64,000 nucleotides of DNA from Octopus vulgaris. Lineage: Eukaryota. A model generated the notes under the pieces. It searched no databases. It saw only the letters and a program-made list of their open reading frames with translations, and was not told the DNA's origin. The stretch is taken from positions 57,970,001 to 58,034,000 of the forward strand of contig OX597833.1 of NCBI GenBank assembly GCA_951406725.2. The letters run 5' to 3'. The position numbers were made by a program, and so were the translations under genes. Positions 54,031 through 64,000 of this stretch are shown one piece after another. The number at the start of each line of letters is the position of its first letter. Positions within the stretch are counted from its first letter, which is position 1.

Positions 54031-55295
54031 GTGGCACGTAAAAAGCACCCACTACACTCGCGGAGTGGTTGGCGTTAGGAAGGGCATCCAGCTGTAGAAA
54101 CACTGCCAGATCAGACTGGAGCCTGGGGCAGCCCCTGGCTCCCCAGACCCCAGTCGAACCGTCCAACCCGTGCTAGCGCGGAAAAACGGACGTTAAACGA
54201 TGATGATGATGATGATATATATATATTTATATATATATATATATATATGTGGGCATGGCTGTGTGGTTAGGGAGCTTGCTTCCTAGCAACATGGTTTCGG
54301 GTTCAGTCCCACTGCGCGGCACTTTGGGTAGGTGTCTTCCACTATAGCCCCGAGCCGACCAGAGCTTTGCGATTGCATTCGGTAGGTGGAAGTTACTGCC
54401 GTGTGTGTATATGTGCGTGTAGGTGCTTGTGCTTCTCCGAAAGAGTGAGAGGGATATATATGTCTTCAAGTCTATTTTTAATGTCACTACATTATAATAA
54501 TTATAATCGGTTCAGACATTGAATCCGCTCATATGTAATGTGTTAAAATGTTTTCATAACTGATATTTATATGAAGTGTGTGTGTGTGTGTAAATATAAG
54601 TTTATGTCTGCATATAAATATGTATAGGCATAGGAGTGGCCGTGTGGTAAGTAGCTTGCTTACCAACCACATGGTTCCGGGTTCAGTCCCACTGCATGGC
54701 ACCTTGGGCAAGTGTCTTCTACTATAGGCTTGGGCCGGCAAAAGCTTTTGGTAGACAGAAACTGAATGAAGCCCATCGTATATATGTATGTGTGTGTGTG
54801 TGTGTGTGTGTGTTTGTCCCCCCAACATCGCTTGACAACCGATGCTGGTGTGTTTATGTCCCCGAAACTTAGCGGTTCGGCAAAAGTACTCAGCTTACAT
54901 AGAATAAGTCCTGGGGTCGATTTGCTCGACTAAAGGCGGTGCTTCAGTATGGCCACAGTCAAAAAATGGCTGAAACAAATAAAAGAGTAAAAGAGTACAC
55001 GCACACGCACACTCACCGGGTTGGTTAAAACTTCAGAGTTTTCACCTCAATAGATGTCATTGATTGGTTGAAATTGCAGAAATTGAAGGAAAAAACAACA
55101 AATATCTTAGAAACTATAGAATTTTCTCAAGAAAGCCTAGAGAAAAGATGTTTTATAAAAACATTTTACCAGTATACGAAGTTTAAAATTTTTTAGTTAC
55201 ATAGAAATTATTTTTAAAAACTGCCGTTCAAACCGAAAAGATCCATGGCATTTTTTCACAGAATACTTTCACTTTTATACTTTTAGTTGGCTGCT

Positions 55296-55946
55296 GCTGT
55301 TACCGAAAAACTGAAGGAGCGCTGCAATAAGTTTGTGAATCTGAGAGGGGAATATCTATATATATAAAACTGTAGTTGTGTGAGTGTCTGTCCCCTTCGA
55401 TTTAGATTCCTAACTACTCCCACATTTTGCGGTGCAGTTTAACCAAATTTGGGTATCTTATAGTCGTGATTCATATCGAGCCCGTCTGAGTATTGGCGCG
55501 CATCTACGATGAGTCTACGATTTTAAAAATAATTTAACATCATTTTTTATTCCATTTTAATGCATAATTTTTCGTGTGTCGATGGCAGCGGAGTTGGCAT
55601 CCACGCTCAAACACCTGCACCTGTGTTTGCTTCTCCCCTTCTTCCCTCCCTCGTGAAGCTGTGGGGAAGGGAGTGTAAAGAAATCAACGTCGTAAAGCGT
55701 TGTCAAGGAGACCAGCGTTCTTTTAGAACAACGACTTCATGGCTTGAAGACACCAAAACAGAAATGGCTAAGAAAGCCCGAATTGGCATCTATAAGGGAA
55801 GTAACTCTCTAAAAATGCTTATATAGTTATTTCCCTTACAAACCCGAGCAACGCCAGGCAATACTGCTAGTGTTGAATAAAATCATAATTGACTGATCCT
55901 GTATTTTGTTTTACCCAACGCCTGGAGCTTTTCAGCAATCCCTTGT
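55296..55946 (+). mobile_element. Mariner 3' remnant interrupted by a Helitron
   Basis: Joining the flanks of 55355-55870 restores KLKERCNKFVNLRGEYVE*; a TIR-like CTTTTCAGCAATCCCTTG follows. Confidence 0.6.
55355..55870 (+). mobile_element. Non-autonomous Helitron
   Basis: A|TCTATATATATAAAA ... CCCGAGCAACGCCAGG + CTAG|T, no TSD. Confidence 0.85.
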
Positions 55947-55977
55947 GTCTGTCTATCCATCTATGTGTGTTTGTGTG

Positions 55978-56009
<32 letters not shown>

Positions 56010-56165
56010 GTCTTTTATTTGTTACTGTCATTTGACTGCAGCCATGCTAATCCAACCCCAGGACTTATTTTTTTAAAATCTTAGTACTTATTCTATCTGT
56101 TACTTTGCCAAACTGCTAAGTTACAGGGATATAAACACACCAACACCAGTTGTCAAGACACAAAG

Positions 56166-56228
<63 letters not shown>

Positions 56229-56439
56229 TGTGTGTGTGTGTGTATATATATAAATGTATATATATATAAATAACGTAAAGTATACTAGCCATCAATACGG
56301 CTAACCACTAAGGGTGGGTGTTATTGTAGCTTTTAGCCCCAGGAGATCATCGTCTCCAGCTGGCTTTAGACACACTATCTGTGCCCTTATGGTATTTGCA
56401 AAGGGAGGTCATCCCTCTCTCATAAGCCTAAGTGATACA

Positions 56440-56480
56440 CACGGACTGCAGTTTCGAGGTGTTTGCCTCTTGTCAACGTA
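56440..56480 (-). ncRNA. Minimal type I hammerhead, U3:A8 variant
   Basis: Minus strand: UACG UUGACAA GAGG caaaca CCUC GAAA CUGCAG UC CGUG; mutated inverted copy on + at 56645-56687. Confidence 0.7.
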
Positions 56481-56890
56481 CGGCAATCACCGGTTTACAA
56501 TGAAAAGGAAGACCTGTTTGCAAATACTTATGGGTTTTTCTAGTAACTACTGTCACTGATTTCGAAAAACTGTCTGCAAGCAATAATAAATCTCTGAATG
56601 AGATGTAAACAGGTCTTTCTTTTCATTGTAAACTGGTGATTACCGTGCGTTGACAAGAAGCAAACACCTCAAAACTGCAGTCCGTGCGTATCACTTAGGT
56701 TTACGAGAGAGGGATGACCTCCCTTTGCAAATATCATAAGGGCACAGATAGTGTGCCTAAAGCCAGCTGGAGACGATGATCTCCTGGGGCTAAAAGCTAC
56801 AGTAACACCCACCCTTAGTGGTTAGCCATATTGATAGCTAGTATACTTTACATTGTCGAGCGGTTACTGTTTACATCTCGTTCAGAGATT

Positions 56891-56961
<71 letters not shown>

Positions 56962-57348
56962 CACAGGAGTGGCTGTGTGGTAAATAGCTTGCTAACCAAC
57001 CACATGGTTCCGGGTTCAGTCCCATTGCGTGGCATCTTGTGCAAATGTCTTCTGCTATAGCCCCAGGCTGACCAATGCCTTGTGAGTGGATTTGGTAGAC
57101 GGAAACTGAAAGAAGCCTGTCGTATATATGTATATATATATGTATATGTATGTGTGTTTGTGTGTCTGTGTTTGTCCCCCTAGCATTGCTTGACAACCGA
57201 TTCTGGTGTGTTTACGTCCCCGTCACTTAGCGGTTCAGCAAAAGAGACCGATAGAATAAGTCCCGGGGTCGATTTGGTCGACTAAAGGCAGTGCTCTGGC
57301 ATGGTCGCAGTCAAATGACTGAAACAAGTGAAAGAGTAAAGAGTAAGA

Positions 57349-57388
<40 letters not shown>

Positions 57389-57951
57389 CAGAGGTTTGGT
57401 TATGTGGTAAGAGGTTTGCTTCACAACCACATGGTCCTGGGTTCAGTCTCACTGTGTGGCACCTACCTTGGGCACATGTCTTCTACTATAGCATCGGGCT
57501 GACCAAAGCCTTGTATGTGGATTTAGTGAATGGAAACTGAAAGAAGCCTGTCGTATATATATATGTATATGTTTGTGTGTCTGTGTTTGCTCCCCCATCG
57601 CGTGTCTTCTACTATAGCCTCGGGCCGACCAAAGCCTTGGGAGTGGATTTGGTAGACAGAAACTGAAAGAAGCTTGTTGCATATATGTATATATATATAT
57701 GTATGTATGTATGTGTGTGTGTATGTGTTTGTGTGTCTGTGTTTGTCTCCCCAACATCGCTTGACAACCGATGCCGGTGTGTTTACGTCCCTGTAACTTA
57801 GCGTTTCAGCAAAAGAGACCGATAGAATAAGTACTGGGCTTACAAAGAATAACTCCTGGGGTCGATTTGCTCGACTAAGGGCGGTGCTCCAGCATGGCCG
57901 CTGTCAAATGACTGAAACAAGTAAAAGAGTAAAAGAGTAAAGAGAGTAAGA

Positions 57952-57988
<37 letters not shown>

Positions 57989-58088
57989 CGTGATCGACCA
58001 GGCTATCAGTTGTTGCTACACATCACTGGTCACAATGCACTTCGCATTGTTTTAGCCTTCAAACCACCTCGCTGGCCAAGCAAGCAGG

Positions 58089-58134
<46 letters not shown>

Positions 58135-58295
58135 AAATGAAGAAAATGCTGACAAAATAATTTAAGTAAGGGAGAGTGTATTTAATTAGGTGAAAGTTCT
58201 TTTTACCGGTTGCGCATTTTTTATGCTTATCAAAAGATATTTTGAGTGAGATAGAGTTCCTTTCTGATTGATTTTTTTCTCTTATCTTTTTTTCT

Positions 58296-58328
<33 letters not shown>

Positions 58329-58845
58329 CCTCTCTCTCTCTTTGGGAGAGGCACAAGCACCTACACGTACATGTACACACACGGCAGTAACGTCCGCCTG
58401 CCGAATTCAATCACAAAGCTTCGGTCGGCTCGGGGCTATAGCAGAAGACACCTACCCAAAGTGCCACGCAGTGGGACTGAACCCGAAACCATGTAGCTAG
58501 GAAGCAAGCTCCCTAACCACACAGCCATGCCCATATATATATATATATATATATATATAGTAAGGCACGCAGAACCATACATTTCCAGGAGATGCCGACA
58601 CTCTGCTCTGATGAATCCCTGTCTATTCTGTGGACTAATGAGAATATCCTTAATAGAATTCCTGAAAGACTGTTGAGATGCCTACATGCGTATAAATGTG
58701 CTTTCACACAATGCAGCGAGAATTAATTAATTTACTCTAAAGTATGGATGACTTAAATTTACCGTCAACCTCCCCATTCTCACAAACAGCAAGTAGATAG
58801 TTAACTCATTTTGTGATTGTGAATGCACCAAAATTTATGCATGCA

Positions 58846-59358
58846 CTAGCAGTATTGCCCGGCGTTGCTCGGGTTTGTAAGGGAAATAACTATATAAGCA
58901 TTTTTAGAGAGTTACTTCCCTTATAGATGCCAATTCGGGCTTTCTTAGCCATTTCTGTTTTGGTGTCTTCGAGCCATGAAGTCGTTGTTCTAAAAGAACG
59001 CTGGTCTCCTTGACAACGCTTTACGACGTTGATTTCCTTACACTCCCTTCCCCACAGCTTCACGAGGGAGGGAAGAAGGGGGAGAAGCAAACAGGTGCAG
59101 CTGTGAGCGTGGAAGCCAACTCTGCCGCCATCAACACACGAAAAATTATGCATTAAAATGGAATAAAAAATTATGTTAAATTATTTTTAAAATCGTAGAC
59201 TCATCGTAGACGCATGCTAATACTCAGACGACCTCGATATGAATCACGACTATAAGATACCCAAATTTGGTTAAACTGCACCGCAAAATGTGGGAGGAGT
59301 TAGGAATCTAAATCGAAGGGGACAGACACTCACACAACTACAGTTTTATATATATAGA
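58846..59358 (-). mobile_element. Non-autonomous Helitron (inverted sister of 55355-55870)
   Basis: Reverse-complement match including CTAG and the terminal hairpin. Confidence 0.85.
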
Positions 59359-59744
59359 TATGCTCACATTTTCGTGGATGCTCGTAAGAACGAGTGTACT
59401 CGTGCCATGCTACTTGCCCGAGGGCATTTATACATCCACAGCTATTTTTTTAATACTTTTCTCGCCGCATTGTGTGTTCATTTCTCTTTTTCCCATCTTT
59501 TTATCTTTTACTTGTTTCAGTCATTTGACTGCGGCCATGCTGGAGCACTGACTTTAGTCGAGCAAATCGACCCCGGGACATATTCTTTGTAAGCCCAGTA
59601 CTTATTCTATCGGTCTCTTTTTGTCGAACCGCTAAGTGACGGGGACGTAAACACACCAGCATCGGTTGTCAAGCAATGCTAGGGGGACAAACACAGACAC
59701 ACAAACACACACATGCATATATATATATATATACATATATACAA

Positions 59745-59976
59745 GGCGGCGAGCTGGCAGAACCGTTAGCACGCCGGGCGAAATGCGTGGCCGTTTTTCG
59801 TCTGCCGTTACGTTCTGAGTTCAAATTCCGCTGAGGTCGACTTTGCCTTTCATCCTTTCGGGGTCGATAAATTAAGTACCAATTACGAACTGGGGTCGAT
59901 GTAATCGACTTAATCCGTTTGTCTGTCCTTGTTTGTCCTCTCTGTGTTTAGCCCCTTGTGGGTAGTTAAAGAAATA
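59745..59976 (+). mobile_element. tRNA-derived SINE with Nin-like domain, nested in another SINE
   Basis: Head GGCGGCGAGCTGGCAGAA, B box GAGTTCAAATTCC, GCCTTTCATCCTTTCGGGGTCGATAAATTAAGTACC; sits in the (TA)n of a minus-strand SINE. Confidence 0.7.
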
Positions 59977-60270
59977 TATATACATATATACGACAGGCTT
60001 CTTTCAGTTTCTGCCTACCAAATCCACTCACAAGGCATTGTTCGGCCCGGGGCTATAGCAGAAGACACTTACCCAAGGTGCCACGCAGTGGGACTGAACC
60101 TGGATCCATGTGGTTGGTTAGCAAGCTACTTACCACACAGCCACTCCTGCGCCTATGATTTTATTTTTGATCTTCTATGTAAATGAAAATATTTCCGTCG
60201 TCTGCTTTTTTTGTTTTTTCAGCAAAACGGGAAGTTACAATGCGGAACTGTTATTTTAACAAGTTGTTTC

Positions 60271-60386
60271 TATTTATCACCTGATGAGATATATCTGCAC
60301 TGCCGGATACTCCTGAAACAGTTGTTGAGTGTCTCACCCGTGAGACATCGCTGCTAGATGTGTCGAAACAGCTGTCGTGATAAATA
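60271..60386 (+). ncRNA. Type I hammerhead ribozyme, canonical core
   Basis: TATTTATCAC CTGATGA GATATATCT...AGATGTGTC GAAA CAGCTG TC GTGATAAATA: perfect 10-bp stem I, 9-bp stem II with G-U pairs, palindromic stem III, GUC site, AATAAA directly after. Confidence 0.85.
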
Positions 60387-60776
60387 ATAAATTCTTGGAT
60401 ATTCCATCTTCTGTCTTTCATATACATAACAATATACCATATACTGCCAGCCTCGCCTGGCCCCCGTGCAGGTGGCACGTAAAAAGCACCACCCGTGCGT
60501 GGCCGTTTGCCAGCTCCGTCTGGCACCTGTGCGGGTGGCACGTAAAAAGCACCCACTACACTCACGGATTGGTTGGCGTTAGGAAGGGCATCCAGCCGTA
60601 GAAACACTGCCAGATCAGACTGGGCCTGATGCAGCCTTCTGACTTCACAGACCCCAGTTGAACCGTCCAACCCATGCTAGCATGGAAAGCGGACGCTAAA
60701 TGATGATGATGATGATAACGATCACTGTGAAAGTGACCATGCTTTACCAGTAAGATACCAGGTGTAAACCATTCAT

Positions 60777-60832
<56 letters not shown>

Positions 60833-61185
60833 GAAGGTTGAAAAGAAACACACAAGTTGGTATATATGGAGAAAAAAGTCTAGGTAGAAAATAGTAAAAT
60901 GATTTTATAAAAAAATTTCAGTACCTATATATGTATAGATATATATTTAGAGTGTTTTGGAAATTCCTTTATACAGTTATAATATTTGGAGAGAAGATTC
61001 TTTTCTCAAAGAGATAAGATTGAGAAAAAAACCTTTTTAGAAAGTTGAAAGACACTAACTTTTGGGAAGTGATTTCACAAACTCTTGCGACATTCTAAAA
61101 AGGTTCTTTTCTCAATCTCAACTCTTTGAGAAAAAATCTTCTCTCCAAATATTATAACTGTATCAAGGAATTTCCAGAACACACA

Positions 61186-61236
<51 letters not shown>

Positions 61237-61644
61237 ACACATAAGAAAACACCATCCGAGCGTGGCCGTCTGCCAGCCTCGTCTGGCACCTGTGTCGGTG
61301 GCACATAAATAACACCATCCGATGGCCGTCTGCCAGCCTCGTCTGGCACCTGTGTCGGTGGCACATAAAATCACCCACTACACTCTTGGAGTGGTTGGCA
61401 TAGGAAGGGCATCCAGCTGTAGAAACACTGCCACATCTGACTGGCCTGGTGCAGCCTTCGGGCTTCCCAGACCCCAGTTGAACCGTCCAACCCATGCTAG
61501 CATGGAAAGCGGACGTTAAACGATGATGATGATGATGATGATATATATATATATATATAAATATATATATTTTATATATATGACTGTGTGTGTGTATCGT
61601 TGGCAATTTTCTTTCCCCGTCTTCCCTTCTTTGGACTTTTTCTA

Positions 61645-61716
61645 TATTACTGAAGAAGAGCTCCGCTCGAAACGTAAAATCCTCTTTCTTTTCATTCCTT
61701 TCCTGAACGTATAATA
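61645..61716 (+). ncRNA. Hammerhead-like variant with an extra A after the core
   Basis: TATTA CTGAAGA A GAGC TCC GCTC GAAA CGT ... ACGT A TAATA. Confidence 0.45.
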
Positions 61717-61778
61717 ACACAGTACTTGTTCTATGTCCTCATGTTGTTGTTTTTTCTCACTTGTTCTTGTTTGGATTG

Positions 61779-61814
<36 letters not shown>

Positions 61815-62092
61815 AGGTATGGTAGATAAGTTCAGTAAAATTTAGATTCAGATGAATATGGTACTTAAGTTAAAGGCACCAGAATTTAGTATGGTATTAT
61901 CCATATAATTCAAAATGGGGTGATTGTAATCAAAATAAGCCTCTCGATATCCTTGTTATATATTTTTATATATATATATATATATATTATCTATATATAT
62001 ATATACAACTACAATTTCCATTTGATTTTTATTTTGATGTTGATGCACTTGACTCAATAGGTCTCCTGTCGCCCTACGATTATATATATACA

Positions 62093-62133
62093 TGCAGACA
62101 TGTTTCAGGGTTGTTGCCCTTTATCAATGCAGC
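62093..62133 (-). ncRNA. Minimal type I hammerhead, U3:A8 variant (downstream copy of the tandem)
   Basis: Same sequence as 62453-62495; the element ends 4 nt past the predicted cleavage site. Confidence 0.7.
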
Positions 62134-62452
62134 GTAGTCAGACCCGCAGGTGTCGCTACTGACCATCTCTGTTCGAAGATTATATTTACCTAGTTACAGT
62201 GGAATACATCCACTTGTTTTCAATAATAGAAATATTAAAATTACTAAGTCTCTCTAAAGGAGATTACGGCAGCGTTACTGGAAATTAATAGTTATCGCCA
62301 TACTAATATGGCAGTCTTATAAATATAAGACTAAAGCTGTCGCTGATTAGCTCCAAGAGGCCACAGCCTCTAGCTAGCTATTTGACACAACCTGCGTCCA
62401 TTACAAACCTTCGAACAGGGGAGGTCAGCCGCTTCATCCTGCTAGTCAGACA

Positions 62453-62495
62453 GCTGCAGACATGTTTCAGGGTTGTTGCCCTTTATCAATGCAGC
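62453..62495 (-). ncRNA. Minimal type I hammerhead, U3:A8 variant (upstream copy of the tandem)
   Basis: Minus strand: GCUGCA UUGAUAA AGGG caacaa CCCU GAAA CAUG UC UGCAGC. Confidence 0.75.
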
Positions 62496-62812
62496 GTAGT
62501 CAGGCCCGCAGGTGTCGCTACTGACCATCTCTGTTCGAAGATTATATTTACCTAGTTACAGTGGAATACATCCACTTGTTTTCAATAATAGAAATATTAA
62601 ATTTACTAGCAGGATGAAGCGGCTGACCTCCCCTGTTCGAAGGTTTGTAATGGACGCAGGTTGTGTGTCAAATAGCTAGCTAGAGGCGGTGGTCTCTTGG
62701 AGCTAATCAGCGACAGCTTTAGTCTTATATTTATAAGACTGCCATATTAGTATGGCGATAACTATTAATTTCCAGTAACGCTGCCGTAATCTCCTTTAGA
62801 GAGACTTAGTAA

Positions 62813-62876
<64 letters not shown>

Positions 62877-63212
62877 CGCAGGAGTGGCTGTGTGGTAAGT
62901 AGCTTGCTAACCAACCACATGGTTCTGGGTTCATTCCCACTGCGTGGCACCTTGGGCAAGTGTCTTCTGCTACAGCCCTGGGCCGACCAATGCCTTGTGA
63001 GTGGATTTGGTAGACGGAAACTGAAAGAAGCCTGTCGTATATATGTATATATATATATATGTGTGCATGTTTGTGTGTCTGTGTTTGTCCCCCTAGCATT
63101 GCTTGACAACCGATGCTGGTGTGTTTACGTCCCCGTCTCTTAGCGGTTCGGCAAAAAGAGACAGATAGAATAAGTACTGGGATTACAAAGAATAAGTCCC
63201 GGGGTCGATTTG

Positions 63213-63268
<56 letters not shown>

Positions 63269-63903
63269 CTTTACTTCCACACATGACAGCTTAATTTAAT
63301 TCATCCTTAGTCGAAAGACACCTATTGTTATGTCCTGTTATTTGTATTTGTGTAACATTTCTCTTTTGTTTTTCCGTCCTTGTTTTTGTATACATTTGCT
63401 GCTTTTTTCCAAGGAATGCAATGCTCTTAGCTTAGTTTTTCCTTGAGGCTGGCCAGATTGGAGCAATCTCAAGTATAACCAGCTGAAATTGCAAAGATAA
63501 TCTGGAACTCGACTGAGGATAGAAAACTCCGAATGATCCGTCCTTGTTTTCCTTGTATCGTCTGTCTGGATATTTTGTTCTCCCTTCTTTGATTCACCTA
63601 ACTGTTTGGATGTTTTGCATTCTTGTCCCATTTTTGTATTATATTGCCGGTGGCACGTAAAAACCACCATCCGATCGTGGCCATTTGCCAGCCTCGTCTG
63701 GCACCTGTGCCGGTGGCACATAAAAAGCACCCACTACACTCACGGAGTGGTTGGCGTTAGGAAGGGCATCCAGCTGTAGAAACACTGCCAGATCAGACTG
63801 GAGCCTGGTGCAGCCTTCTGGCTTCCCAGACCCCTGTTGAACCGTCCAACCCCTGCTAGCATGGAAAGCGGACGTTAAACGATGATGATGATGAGGAGGA
63901 GGA

Positions 63904-63967
<64 letters not shown>

Positions 63968-64000
63968 GTAAAATAATATGTGACAATTATTCAGTAGCCA

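Larger units (their letters stand above)
62093..62820 (-). mobile_element. Retrozyme/Penelope pLTR-like element: ~1.4 tandem units of 362 bp plus an inverted partial unit
   Basis: 62093-62247 repeats at 62455-62607; 62605-62820 is the reverse complement of ~62234-62446; flanked by (TA)n. Confidence 0.75.

Noticed and set aside
58601-58685. Hammerhead starting at CTGATGA 58608
   Set aside because: No convincing stem II closure, stem III or stem I partner; possibly a truncated relative of 60271.

Overview
AT-rich, microsatellite-dense animal DNA, very probably octopus (inferred from the tRNA-derived SINE families). One host gene family is supported: a ~510-aa all-TPR protein with IFIT/TTC22-like motifs, encoded by a 17-codon first coding exon plus one large terminal exon. 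It is present three times: an intact minus-strand copy (23880-23830 + 15510-14029), a tandem paralog whose large exon lies off the left edge (exon 1 at 4724-4674), and a frameshifted inverted copy (30015-30065 + 38380-39870). A cluster of IRF-element and GAS-like motifs sits 180-550 bp upstream of the start codon. Positions 9536-44327 form a ~35-kb palindrome centred on a hammerhead-bearing fold-back element, and a second, noisy palindrome follows the 100-N gap; both may be partly assembly artefacts. The rest is mobile DNA: decayed Tc1, a 5'-truncated RTE LINE, non-autonomous Helitrons, TTAGGG-containing MITEs, SINEs and a 67-bp SINE-derived array. About seven Penelope/retrozyme-like families carry type I hammerhead ribozyme motifs, three with a U3:A8 core and one arranged as a 362-nt tandem unit. 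All family assignments are by eye; no search was run.
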